A stretch of DNA of 32,000 bases, taken from contig NZ_CP042905.2 of NCBI RefSeq assembly GCF_008000775.2, positions 3,540,001-3,572,000 of the forward strand, in the 5' to 3' direction. Positions 1-9,341 of the stretch are shown here, one piece after another. A program made the position numbers and the translations under genes. The stretch comes from Promethearchaeum syntrophicum (GTDB taxonomy: Archaea; Asgardarchaeota; Lokiarchaeia; Sigyniarchaeales; Promethearchaeaceae). Within the stretch, counting starts at the first letter, position 1, and every line of letters begins with the position of its first letter. The notes under the pieces are model-generated. The model saw only the letters and a list, made by a program, of their open reading frames with translations, was not told where the DNA came from and ran no database searches.

Positions 1-2
1 TA

Positions 3-890
3 TTCAAACCAGATCTTTCTCTTGAGTCTATTCAAAAATATCATGTGACAATTATTGGACAAATTCCTGCCCTCTTCAATTTGGAATGGAGATTACCCAA
101 TTACAATACATATAACCTATCTTCGTTAAAATTCGCCTTATATGGTGGACAATCAGTAGGAAAACCTTTCCTGGAAAAGATGAAATTGATGGCACCGAAA
201 TTCGGTTCTGGGATGGGATTATCAGAACTTTCCGGATTCTGCACATACACCCCACTCGACGGAACTGTTGAAGATATTCTAAAGGGTATCGGATATGCAA
301 TGCCGATTACACCAATCTCTATTAGAGAACCCATGAAAGAGGATTTTACTGCGGGTAATGAAAAACTCAAAGGTGAAATCGGGGAAATTTGCTTCTCGGG
401 TCCACAATTATTTTTAGGATACGTATCAGATGAAGAAAATTCTAGTAATACCACTAGTAAGGATGGTTGGTGTTATACTGGTGATTTGGGTTCATATGAT
501 GATGAAGGTTTACATTTTGCTGGGCGATCTAAGCTCATGATAAAACCAAAAGGATATAATGTATATCCTCCTGAAGTGGAGAACTTTCTAATGAATGAGC
601 TCAAAGATAAAGTTGAGAATATTGGGGTAGTTGGGTATGAACATGAAGTATTTAGTGAAGGAATTGTAGCATTTTTAGAAAAGAAAAAAGGTGAAAATTT
701 AACTGAAAATGAAGTTAATAAAGCCGCTAAAGGACTAGCAGCCTATAAAAGACCATCTTTAATAGTTATTTTGGAATATAATGATCTACCATTAAATCGG
801 CTTGAAAAAACGGACTATATATCTCTTAAGAATATGGCTGCACAAAAAATCAAAGAATTAAGGAAAAATGGGGGTTGGGATAAAAAATAA
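3..890 (+). CDS. AMP-dependent synthetase/ligase (acyl-CoA synthetase-like), C-terminal part; 5' end lies outside the window
   Basis: The frame is open from nt 3 with no stop before the ATG at 45, so the gene is truncated by the window edge. Adenylate-forming enzyme core motifs are present: WCYTGDLG and GRSKLMIKPKGYNVYPPEVE. Confidence 0.85.
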   Translation, partial: FKPDLSLESIQKYHVTIIGQIPALFNLEWRLPNYNTYNLSSLKFALYGGQSVGKPFLEKMKLMAPKFGSGMGLSELSGFCTYTPLDGTVEDILKGIGYAMPITPISIREPMKEDFTAGNEKLKGEIGEICFSGPQLFLGYVSDEENSSNTTSKDGWCYTGDLGSYDDEGLHFAGRSKLMIKPKGYNVYPPEVENFLMNELKDKVENIGVVGYEHEVFSEGIVAFLEKKKGENLTENEVNKAAKGLAAYKRPSLIVILEYNDLPLNRLEKTDYISLKNMAAQKIKELRKNGGWDKK

Positions 891-919
891 TGATATTTCA
901 AGATAATTTATAAAAACCA

Positions 920-1414
920 TTATAAAATTGATTTAAATCTATCTTCGGTTTTTAAAGCAAGTTCTTGGAAAATAATTTTTAATCTCTTGTTAAATTTTTT
1001 AAATTTGCTTGCATCTTTAGTGGTAATATCATATACACTGAATCTGTTTAAAAATTGTATAATCGCATCATCCATACACATGTTTACCTGTTTTTGATTA
1101 GTATCTTTTTCTACAATGCAATAAATAACTAACGGGGGATTTTTTTGCGGTTCGATAAGTTGTAAATGATCTTTTTGCTCGTTTTCCTCATCTGTCGCTT
1201 TTAAGATTTTTAAATCTTTCAATTTAATTAGAATTTTATGCTCACCAATGGAAAAATTTTGAATTTTATCATCAAAAGCAGATTTTGCTAGGGCAATAAC
1301 AGCTTCGGTCAAAACATTACGATCTTTTTGATTTAGAACATCCTCAGATGAATAAAAATATGTTTCGCTTAGACTAATTCCTTTGAATAATATTGCGGTT
1401 TCCAGTATTGTCAA
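920..1414 (-). CDS. Hypothetical small cytosolic protein (possible longin/roadblock-like alpha/beta fold)
   Basis: 164-aa ORF with no TM segment. The alternating pattern fits a beta-beta-alpha-beta-beta-beta-alpha-alpha order: AILFKGISL / TYFY / RNVLTEAVIALAKSAF / IQNFSIGEHKILIKL / LVIYCIVEK / VNMCMDDAIIQFLNRF / KKFNKRLKIIFQELA. The fold assignment is inference only. Confidence 0.6.
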   Translation of the reverse strand: MTILETAILFKGISLSETYFYSSEDVLNQKDRNVLTEAVIALAKSAFDDKIQNFSIGEHKILIKLKDLKILKATDEENEQKDHLQLIEPQKNPPLVIYCIVEKDTNQKQVNMCMDDAIIQFLNRFSVYDITTKDASKFKKFNKRLKIIFQELALKTEDRFKSIL

Positions 1415-1543
1415 GTCTTACACTCCAAGTATAATGTTAATTTAGTTGTTGAATTTTTTATATTTAATATTTTAGAATATTTCTAACAATAAGATGTATT
1501 AAATCTTAACGTTATTAGAAATGAAATTGAAAAAAAAGTTTAT

Positions 1544-2848
1544 TCATAATATCATTTTAAACCTTTCAACAAGAATTTTTCCTTCAATTTTTTCGTCTGT
1601 CATTATTTCTACACGTGGATTCCATTCCAATTTTTGTATTTGACAATCATTTTGAAATATCTTAAAAATCCAATGGTAATGGTGCAAAAATTCGAAATAT
1701 TCCTGCATTTCAATATTTTGCCATTTGGAAAAATTTGCAACCCGAATTCTTCTGTCCTTTTCCTTTAAATCATAAACACAAGTTGGAACAAACCCACTAC
1801 TAGTAATAACCTTCATAATTGCAAGATTTCCAACCATGGATTCAAAATCTTTAAATTGTGAAATTTGAAGTGTAATGTTAACGGATTTCATTCGATTGGG
1901 GTTTACATCATTTAAAAAATCTAAATTATTAATCGATTCAATTGCAATTGCTAAATTTCTTGAATCAGGGGCACTATAATTCGAATATAAAAATTTCTTT
2001 TGATCACTCGTGTAAATATTTTTTGATGATTTTAAATTTCCAAAAATTCTCAATTTGTTCTTAATTTCATCCCAAACATAAATACCTTTATCAAACTTAA
2101 CTTTCCCATCTCTTAATATCTCAATTTCATGGAAAATGGGGTTTACGTCCGCTCTATATTGCGGATTGAAAATTTGAAACCTTTTATTCTTTATGATTTC
2201 TGGTAAATGGGTATCCATTAAAATTATTTTTTCCAAAGTTGACCATGCATCATAAAAAAGACCAAACTCCAATAAATATTGCCCATTTTCATTTTTATTA
2301 GCTATGTAAAAAGGGATAAATCCTTTTGGATGGGCAACATTTACTTTTTCTCCATTTTGATTATGTAATTGCCCTCGTTGAATTTGAAGTTGAGTGGCTG
2401 CTGATGCCATTCGTGCAGAAATATAAAAGGGATTTCCTTGATGTAAGAAAAAATAGGCATATTCACGAATTCTTCGTGCTTCAATTGACTGGAAACCCAT
2501 TTTTCGATATTTTTTCGCAATCATTGATAATCCCAATTCAATATAATCAATGTCATTTTTAAAATATAGATTGAGAGCAATAGTTCCTATAATATCTTTC
2601 TGTTTTTTATGATAGAACAGGCAAAGAATAATATCCTTGTTAATATTTATTGAACCGGGAAAATAATCATAAGTATCTTGAATAATAGAATCTAGATCCT
2701 TTTTAATTTGATCTTTAGCGATTGATGCATCAGGAAAAATTGATTGGAAATCATAAATTTCTCCATTTATAATGTCAATTATTTGAATAATCTTAGAAGA
2801 TGAATTCTTTCGAATTTTTCTTAGATTTTTAATAGACCATTCTTTCAT
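1544..2848 (-). CDS. Hypothetical protein with an N-terminal GNAT-like acetyltransferase region and an unknown ~250-aa C-terminal part
   Basis: 434-aa ORF. The segment IGTIALNLYF...YIELGLSMIAKKYRKMGFQSIEARRIREYAYFF resembles GNAT beta4-alpha3 (motif A, R-x-x-G-x-x) but is not canonical. I recognise nothing in the remainder. Confidence 0.55.
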   Translation of the reverse strand: MKEWSIKNLRKIRKNSSSKIIQIIDIINGEIYDFQSIFPDASIAKDQIKKDLDSIIQDTYDYFPGSININKDIILCLFYHKKQKDIIGTIALNLYFKNDIDYIELGLSMIAKKYRKMGFQSIEARRIREYAYFFLHQGNPFYISARMASAATQLQIQRGQLHNQNGEKVNVAHPKGFIPFYIANKNENGQYLLEFGLFYDAWSTLEKIILMDTHLPEIIKNKRFQIFNPQYRADVNPIFHEIEILRDGKVKFDKGIYVWDEIKNKLRIFGNLKSSKNIYTSDQKKFLYSNYSAPDSRNLAIAIESINNLDFLNDVNPNRMKSVNITLQISQFKDFESMVGNLAIMKVITSSGFVPTCVYDLKEKDRRIRVANFSKWQNIEMQEYFEFLHHYHWIFKIFQNDCQIQKLEWNPRVEIMTDEKIEGKILVERFKMIL

Positions 2849-2967
2849 ATTTTACTTTACATGAAATAACCTTAATTTATAAAAATTTTTTATTTTCTCA
2901 AAATAAAGAACAAATTAGTTAATTTAGAACAGAAAAGGATTTAATAATAAAATAAAGAAAAAAATTT

Positions 2968-3729
2968 TTATGATTCTGGGACTTTCTTAATTCCAAAATA
3001 TATAAAGAATGCACCGGGTAAAATGAATACTAATTGTACTATCAACCCTATCGTTCTAGCAATCTCAGTGTCAATAGTATTAGCATAATAACCTCCAAGT
3101 AATTGAAGATCAAAACATAATATTCCAATTATACTCCTGAGATATTTTCTACTATATATGTTCTTTCCCATTTTTTTTGAGATTTTAAATGTATAATAGA
3201 CTGTAATCGCAAACACGATTTGAGACCAAACAGCCCCATAGAGCCCAAATAAAATCGAATATTTTGGTTTATCATTAATCCATTCAACACCTTCAAACAA
3301 AATGCCAATTACAAATAATCCACTGAGAGCTACAGCATATATTATATTTAACCATATCACTTTCTTTTTTGTATGCACCTTTGTTGAAAAGAACAAGAGA
3401 TTATTAAAATTCAAAAGATGAATTCCAGCAAAAGTTATTAAATAAATCGTTAAAATATTTAAAATTATGTTGACTTGCTCAATATTTATTGCACGATATA
3501 TAATATTCACAACTAATCCAAGAGAAACAGTAATAAAATAAAGTGCTATAGTTGTTGATATTCGATTCTTGTTCCGATGTATTAATAAATAAGCAAAAAT
3601 ACAAAAAATGATTAAAATTACGCTATTAAATACAAAACTTTGAATTTCTTGAGATGTTAACAATTGCATAATACAATATTGAAGGTTGAGAAATATAAAT
3701 GATTTGATTTTGCTATTTTCTTGCGTCAC
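2968..3729 (-). CDS. Hypothetical polytopic membrane protein (about 7 TM segments)
   Basis: 253-aa ORF made almost entirely of hydrophobic ~20-aa stretches separated by short basic loops. No family motif recognised. Confidence 0.65.
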   Translation of the reverse strand: MTQENSKIKSFIFLNLQYCIMQLLTSQEIQSFVFNSVILIIFCIFAYLLIHRNKNRISTTIALYFITVSLGLVVNIIYRAINIEQVNIILNILTIYLITFAGIHLLNFNNLLFFSTKVHTKKKVIWLNIIYAVALSGLFVIGILFEGVEWINDKPKYSILFGLYGAVWSQIVFAITVYYTFKISKKMGKNIYSRKYLRSIIGILCFDLQLLGGYYANTIDTEIARTIGLIVQLVFILPGAFFIYFGIKKVPES

Positions 3730-3989
3730 TAATGGATAAGGTCATTTTAAGGAATGAACAAATGGTATTTTATTTTTTCTTTTTAAATACTTACGAAAAA
3801 AGATATTGAAAAAAAAGATAGAATTAGATAGTTAATGAGAAGAAGAATGGAAAATTATGAAAAAAGAGATTTTTTTGTTAAAAATTCTCTATTTTTTAAC
3901 CCCAAATTGCACATTGAAAGGTGTTTAGCATCCATCAAGTCGATTTTGTTGATAATTAGAAAAAAAAATATCAGGAAAGACTAAATTAA

Positions 3990-5339
3990 TCAATTAAATA
4001 ATAGTTTTGCAACATTATAATATACTTTTAATGTAAGCTCAACTGTTGTTAAGCGTATTCTTTCATCAATTCCATGCATTAATGTTACCATATCCTTAGT
4101 GGTAACCTTTGGATCAAATAATGAAAATCCATAGCTTTGAACCCCTTTCTCTCTAAAAAATCTCATATCAGTTACCATAGGCATTAATAGAGGAACCAAA
4201 TTTGAACCAGGAAGATCAATATTCACTGCTTTTTCCAATATTGAGATGAATTTTGATGAAGCCTCGCTCGCATTTCCAATTGAAGCAATCCCTCCTTCAT
4301 CTTTTTCAAGATCGGAAATTTCTGTTTCTTTCGCTAGATCCCCCAAAGCTATTTTCAAATGTTTTACAACATAATCATCATTTTGACCGGGAAGAGTTCG
4401 AATATCAACTGCAACTGAAGCATTTGCTGCAATGACGTTTGGGGCAATTCCACCTTTTACAATGTTAGGTGACATTGTCATCCGACTTAAACTGTGAATA
4501 GTTTTAGCAGTATTAGGATCCTTTTTTCTCAATAGTTTTAGTGTTAATGGAAGAAGAAATTTTGTAGTTACCATAAATTTCTGGATTTTACTCATTGCCA
4601 AACCATCTGCAAGGTACCCCAAATATTCTGTTGTAATAGGAATTTTGTTATCACAGTAATTTTGAATCCGAAGAATGGCTTTTGAAGCTTTTACAACAGC
4701 ATTTTCACTACCATAAGGCATCGATCCATGACCTGGCGTACCTGAAAAGGTTAGCTTTTTAAAAGCCCCTCCTTTCTCACCAATCATAAATATTAATTTA
4801 TTTTCGGCGATTGAAATCCCTCCACTTTCAGAAAGACAATAATCTGCTTCAATCAGTTCAGGATGGTTTTCCATCATCCATTTAACACCAAAAGTTCCTC
4901 CCGCTTCCTCATCGGAGACAATAAATAATAGTAATTCCCCTTTATTTATACCTTCTTCATGAATCTTGATAAATGCTTGAACTTGGGTTGCACTGATAAA
5001 AAGCATATCCATTGCTCCTCGACCCCAAATATATCCATCTTTAATTTCTCCTCCAAATGGATCCATAGACCATTTTTCTGGATTTGGAACTGGTACAACA
5101 TCTATATGAGAAGGTCCAAACATTAATGTGGGACCATCTTCAGCACCTTTTATCCGTGCAATAAGATTTCCACGATTTGGAGCTGTTTCGTAAACGCTAC
5201 ATTCAATTCCTTTCGATTTTAAATGGTCTTCAATTGTTCTAATACTTTTCATTTCATTTCCCGGCGGGTTTACACACTTATTTTGAATTAATTTGGAAAT
5301 GAGTTGGGTGGCTTCATCAATCGCATTTTCTGTAATCAT
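3990..5339 (-). CDS. M20 family metallopeptidase (ArgE/DapE/ACY1/CPG2-like)
   Basis: 449 aa with the M20 metal-binding and catalytic signatures GPSHIDVVP, GRGAMDM and VSDEEAGG, plus a later GTPGHGSMP segment. Confidence 0.85.
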   Translation of the reverse strand: MITENAIDEATQLISKLIQNKCVNPPGNEMKSIRTIEDHLKSKGIECSVYETAPNRGNLIARIKGAEDGPTLMFGPSHIDVVPVPNPEKWSMDPFGGEIKDGYIWGRGAMDMLFISATQVQAFIKIHEEGINKGELLLFIVSDEEAGGTFGVKWMMENHPELIEADYCLSESGGISIAENKLIFMIGEKGGAFKKLTFSGTPGHGSMPYGSENAVVKASKAILRIQNYCDNKIPITTEYLGYLADGLAMSKIQKFMVTTKFLLPLTLKLLRKKDPNTAKTIHSLSRMTMSPNIVKGGIAPNVIAANASVAVDIRTLPGQNDDYVVKHLKIALGDLAKETEISDLEKDEGGIASIGNASEASSKFISILEKAVNIDLPGSNLVPLLMPMVTDMRFFREKGVQSYGFSLFDPKVTTKDMVTLMHGIDERIRLTTVELTLKVYYNVAKLLFN

Positions 5340-5430
5340 AATAATATATTGTATTTTTTTCCTTTTTAAAAATAGTATTGTTGGATTTATAAAAAATGAG
5401 AAAGATATTGATATAGTGAAGGTAAAAAAA

Positions 5431-7017
5431 ATGGAAGCACAACAAGAAAAAAATAATCAAACAATTGATGAGGAAACAGTGAAAAATGCACCAATAATAA
5501 AGAAAAAGAGTTTAATTAAGAAAATTTTAAGTGAATATAAATCAATTTTACTATTCCTTCCTTTAATTATAATTGTTAGCTCTGATGATGCTACATTAAT
5601 AATTAATGAGGTTTTAATCGTTGCGGATTTCCAATTGGAAACACAAATGGCTTCGTTCGGTGCGTTATTAGCAGTTTCACAAATCACGAAAGCATTTTCC
5701 ACAATTTCATTTGGGTTTTTCTCAGATAAGTATAACAGGAAGAAATTATTAATTATCGCTACATTGGCTTGGTTTACTGGAGATATCATAGTGAGTTTCT
5801 CTACTCGATTTTGGCATTTATTTTTATTTAGAGTCATCGCATCTGCGAGTGCAGGAGCAGTTTCGGCAATAGCATTAAGTTTATTAGCAGATTTATTTTC
5901 AAGTGAAGATAGAGGGATCTCATTTGCAATTTGGGGGGCGTTATCTCTTGTAGGGGTCGGAGTAGGTGCAAGTCTTTGTTCTGCATTTAATAAAGTTGAA
6001 TATGATTTCGATATTAATTCAAGTAATTTTATTGGGAGGATTCAATCAATTAGAAACCAAAATTCTCTAGAAATTATTCGATCATCATGGCAAACTCCTT
6101 TCTTTTTCTTTGCGCTAATTGGTTTAGTATGTTTAATTCTAGTAATATTTCTTAAGGAGCCCAAAAGAGCAGCCAAAGAAAAAATTCTTGAAGGTATTTT
6201 GGTAAATGAAGAGATTGACTATGGAAAATTCTATAGTATTAAATTATCTGATCTAAAATATATCTGGAAACGAAAAACAACATTCTTCCTAGTGATAAAC
6301 TTCTTTGATGTTGTTTTATCCGGTTTATTAGTGGGATCTTTGATTCTTTGGATAACAGTTGATATGGGATTTGGACAATTAAATGATACACCTTCAAAAA
6401 TTTATCTAATGCTCTTTATAGGACCTTTACTTATCGGGGGGATAATAGGAATGTTTTATTGGCCAAAAAAAGCAGATAATATGGTTAAAAAAGGAAATAA
6501 AACAGCACGTGTAAAAATGGCGGTGTTTTTAGGTTGGGCTCATTTACCTTTTTTACTAATCGCTTTTTTCTTCATTCCGGATGCATCAAACCTCACATTT
6601 TTTAATGGAACTATTCAAGCTTCTCCAACAGGTTTCGGGATAGGTATGCTTGCCATGGGAATATTCATAGGAATTGGAATGAATTTAGAATTGGCAGTAG
6701 GTGCGTTACATTACTCAGCAATGATAGATGTAAATTTACCAGAACATCGTGGAACAATGATTGCAGCGGCTTCATTTATTGATGCACTTGGACGAGCTAT
6801 AGGATCATGGGCAGGTTTAGCATTTGTTGATTTCATGCAGGGAACAATCTTTGAAGCAAGACCAGTATCGGGAGCAATATTATTATCAATTCTAACCTTT
6901 GGAATCGGGAGTGGATTGTTATGGTTACCAATATATAAATATGCAGATAAAGATATGGCAGATGTCTCCAAAATATTGGAAGATAGGAAAGAAGAACTTG
7001 AAAGAAAAATTAAGTAA
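5431..7017 (+). CDS. MFS transporter
   Basis: About 12 hydrophobic segments, and MFS motif A between TM2 and TM3 (GFFSDKYNRKKLLI). The tracked start at 5293 overlaps the divergent peptidase gene. The ATG at 5431 (MEAQQEK...) follows a GAAGGT purine-rich element and removes that overlap. Confidence 0.8.
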   Translation: MEAQQEKNNQTIDEETVKNAPIIKKKSLIKKILSEYKSILLFLPLIIIVSSDDATLIINEVLIVADFQLETQMASFGALLAVSQITKAFSTISFGFFSDKYNRKKLLIIATLAWFTGDIIVSFSTRFWHLFLFRVIASASAGAVSAIALSLLADLFSSEDRGISFAIWGALSLVGVGVGASLCSAFNKVEYDFDINSSNFIGRIQSIRNQNSLEIIRSSWQTPFFFFALIGLVCLILVIFLKEPKRAAKEKILEGILVNEEIDYGKFYSIKLSDLKYIWKRKTTFFLVINFFDVVLSGLLVGSLILWITVDMGFGQLNDTPSKIYLMLFIGPLLIGGIIGMFYWPKKADNMVKKGNKTARVKMAVFLGWAHLPFLLIAFFFIPDASNLTFFNGTIQASPTGFGIGMLAMGIFIGIGMNLELAVGALHYSAMIDVNLPEHRGTMIAAASFIDALGRAIGSWAGLAFVDFMQGTIFEARPVSGAILLSILTFGIGSGLLWLPIYKYADKDMADVSKILEDRKEELERKIK

Positions 7018-7026
7018 ATTTCAATT

Positions 7027-7449
7027 TCAGTTTTCCATATAGGATTGAGTCATCCAATTAATTAGTTCTTCATCAATTTCATCTAATTTTTGAATTTTGA
7101 ATTGGTAATAATGCATTTTTTCTTGAACGGGTATAACATTAAGACGGGGGCTTGAGAAAAGAGTATAGGAACGAAAAATTATTTTTAGGGCATTTTTTTG
7201 TATTTGAATGGTTAAAAATTGCGAATTTTTTTTAATTGCGATTATATTTTTTAATGGTTCTATCAAGATTGGCTTAAATTTCTTAAAAATTGAAATAAAT
7301 CTATTATATAATTGAATTGTTGAAGCTGTTCCCTTTTTGAAATGATGTTCCTTTAGTGAATACAGCTCACAACTATGAGATTGGTTTTTTCTCGCAAAAT
7401 TTCTTCCGCAAGTGGGACAGATCCACTTTTGAATCCTCCCATTAGGCAT
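7027..7449 (-). CDS. Zinc-ribbon protein, DUF5655-like
   Basis: 140 aa. The N-terminal C-x2-C...H-x-C element (WICPTCGRNFARKNQSHSC) is followed by a ~110-aa alpha/beta region, matching my recollection of DUF5655/DUF4287-type proteins. Confidence 0.6.
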   Translation of the reverse strand: MPNGRIQKWICPTCGRNFARKNQSHSCELYSLKEHHFKKGTASTIQLYNRFISIFKKFKPILIEPLKNIIAIKKNSQFLTIQIQKNALKIIFRSYTLFSSPRLNVIPVQEKMHYYQFKIQKLDEIDEELINWMTQSYMEN

Positions 7450-7520
7450 GTATTATCACCATAATTCATAATTTTCAATTGTTCATAACTTTTTATACAT
7501 AGATTTAAATCATTAAATTA

Positions 7521-7542
7521 ATTATGAATAATTATTCATAAT
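7521..7542. promoter_or_regulatory. 22-bp perfect palindrome ATTATGAATAATTATTCATAAT upstream of the DUF5320 gene (candidate operator)
   Basis: Verified base by base as its own reverse complement. Additional TTCATAA half-sites at 7465-7471 and 7482-7488 in the same divergent spacer. Function is inferred. Confidence 0.4.
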
Positions 7543-7573
7543 AAAAATGAATTGTAAAAAAAAAGTGTTTATT

Positions 7574-7924
7574 ATGCCTCGTGGAGATAGAACTGGACCT
7601 AATGGATTTGGTCCTAGAACTGGTAGAGGATTGGGATATTGTAGTGGATATTCCACTCCTGGCTATTTGACTGATAATGGAATGGGAATGGGAAGAGGTT
7701 ATGGAGGTCGTGGAGGAGGCCGAGGATATGGCCGTGGTCAAGGATATGGTCGTGGATGGAACGCATATCCTCCTGTAAATTATAGCCCTATTTATCCCGC
7801 TCCAGTTTCCTTTGATGAAGAAACATATACAAAAAATCTTGAAAATCAAGTCAAATATTTAGAGGATAGTTTAAAAGCTGTCAAAGAACAACTTGATGCT
7901 CAAAAAGCTAAGAAATCAGAATAA
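7574..7924 (+). CDS. DUF5320 family protein (RGG/GYG-rich N-terminus, coiled-coil C-terminus)
   Basis: The family-typical N-terminus MPRGDRTGPNGFGPRTGRGLGYCSGY begins at the second in-frame ATG (7574; the tracked ORF starts at 7547). It is followed by GRGYGGRGGGRGYGRGQGYGRGW and the heptad-like tail LENQVKYLEDSLKAVKEQLDAQK. Confidence 0.75.
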   Translation: MPRGDRTGPNGFGPRTGRGLGYCSGYSTPGYLTDNGMGMGRGYGGRGGGRGYGRGQGYGRGWNAYPPVNYSPIYPAPVSFDEETYTKNLENQVKYLEDSLKAVKEQLDAQKAKKSE

Positions 7925-8000
7925 ATATTTCAATAGGACAAAATATTTTTTTATTTTTTTCTATCCAAAAATCTTTATCAATTAAAGATTAAAATAAACT

Positions 8001-9284
8001 ATGAAATATTCCATTGCATATGGACAAAGTTTACTAGAGTTTACACTTTCGGACGATATTAAAGTAGATTTGATCCGAGCGAAACAAGAATTTCCTATAG
8101 AAAATCCAAAGCAAGCATTATTAAATTCGTTTTCTACTCCATTATCATCCAAATCCCTTAGGGAAATCCTAAGTAAAAGAAAAGAGGGTAATATCTGTGT
8201 AGTTATTTCAGATGCCACCAGACAGATTCCAAGTTCAATTATTTTAGATGCATTAATGGTTGTTTTTGATGATTTAAAAATTCTTGATGAACACATTAAA
8301 ATTCTCATTGCAAATGGAATGCACAGAAAATGCACACCAAATGAGATTAAGGAGATCGTAGATCAGGAAGTCCTTTTTCGGTATGATATTATCAATCATG
8401 ATGCTAACGACGACCAATCCCTTGATTATTTAGGAGAAACTTCACTGAACACACCAGTTTATATCAATAATACATATTTAAATGCATCAATCAAAATTAT
8501 CACGGGTTTTGTTGAACCTCATTTCTTTGCTGGGTTTTCTGGTGGAAGAAAAGCAATAATCCCAGGAATTGCTGGAAAAGAAACAATTTTGGCAAATCAT
8601 TCAGCTAAAAATATAAAATCCCCGAATGCTCGATTTGGGGTTTTAAAAAACAATCCAGTATTCATTGATGCGGATGAAGTTCTTAAAATGAAACAAGTTC
8701 GACCTGATTTTATGATTAACCTCTGTATTAATCAAGACCACCAAATCTCCAAAATTTTTTCAGGTTCTCATCGAATATATAATGAATTAGTTCAATATCA
8801 AGAAAAAATATGTTTTCACCCGATATCTGACCTTTATGATGTTGTTATTACAGGAAATGGAGGATATCCCCTTGATCGAAATCTATACCAAGCGGTAAAG
8901 AGTATGGCAATTGGAGAAATGGCAGTTAGAGAAGGAGGAACAATTATAAGCGTGAATGAATGTATTGATGGAATAGGTCTAGCTTCATTTAGAAACCAAA
9001 TTAATTTAGAATTAACTCCTGAAGAAATAAATCAATCAATCATAAAGGGAAAATTAAATGCTCCTGATCAATGGCAGACTCAAATTCTCACTCGCATCTT
9101 GTCTAAAGCAGATATTTATGTTATTTCATCTATAGAGGCTAAAAATTTGGGGAATATTGGCTTAAAATATGCATCAACTATTGAAGATGCGATCTCTAAT
9201 TGTATAAAGAAATATGGTTCTAAAATGCGAATTTTAATACTCCCTGATGGACCAAAAATTCTTCCAGTGCTTCAAAATCAGTAA
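8001..9284 (+). CDS. larA: LarA-family nickel-pincer-dependent racemase/epimerase (lactate racemase-like)
   Basis: 427 aa with LarA-type motifs: VISDATR, IANGMHR, and EPHFFAGFSGGRKAIIPGIAG (containing the Lys that tethers the NPN cofactor in LarA) followed by ANHS. The substrate cannot be inferred. Confidence 0.8.
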   Translation: MKYSIAYGQSLLEFTLSDDIKVDLIRAKQEFPIENPKQALLNSFSTPLSSKSLREILSKRKEGNICVVISDATRQIPSSIILDALMVVFDDLKILDEHIKILIANGMHRKCTPNEIKEIVDQEVLFRYDIINHDANDDQSLDYLGETSLNTPVYINNTYLNASIKIITGFVEPHFFAGFSGGRKAIIPGIAGKETILANHSAKNIKSPNARFGVLKNNPVFIDADEVLKMKQVRPDFMINLCINQDHQISKIFSGSHRIYNELVQYQEKICFHPISDLYDVVITGNGGYPLDRNLYQAVKSMAIGEMAVREGGTIISVNECIDGIGLASFRNQINLELTPEEINQSIIKGKLNAPDQWQTQILTRILSKADIYVISSIEAKNLGNIGLKYASTIEDAISNCIKKYGSKMRILILPDGPKILPVLQNQ

Positions 9285-9341
9285 CGCTCTAAAATAGGGA
9301 TGATGAATCATTATAAGTGAGTTTTTTTTATTAATAAATTA

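Noticed and set aside
3865-3890. Imperfect hairpin AGAGATTTTT-TGTT-AAAAATTCTCT flanked by T/A runs in the 260-nt spacer downstream of the peptidase gene; possible terminator.
   Set aside because: The stem is 5+5 bp with a central mismatch and is almost entirely A-U. That is too weak and too low in complexity to call, and archaeal termination needs only oligo-T runs, which are everywhere here.
5293-5430. N-terminal 46-codon extension of the MFS gene, overlapping the divergent M20 peptidase start by 47 nt.
   Set aside because: The extension is the antisense of the peptidase 5' coding region. The ATG at 5431 has a purine-rich element upstream and still leaves a full MFS core, so the shorter model is preferred.
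7405-7419. TCCGCAAGTGGGACA, resembling the GTCCGCA-N2-GGACA boxes of the PadR-like promoter.
   Set aside because: The spacing differs (4 versus 2 nt between the conserved halves), the leading G is missing, and it lies inside the coding region for the CPTCGR zinc-ribbon motif. Codon constraints explain the GC-rich sequence.
7680-7760. Apparent short tandem DNA repeats (GGATATGGYCGTGG units).
   Set aside because: They are the nucleotide image of the GYGRG low-complexity coding tract of the DUF5320 protein, not an independent repeat element.
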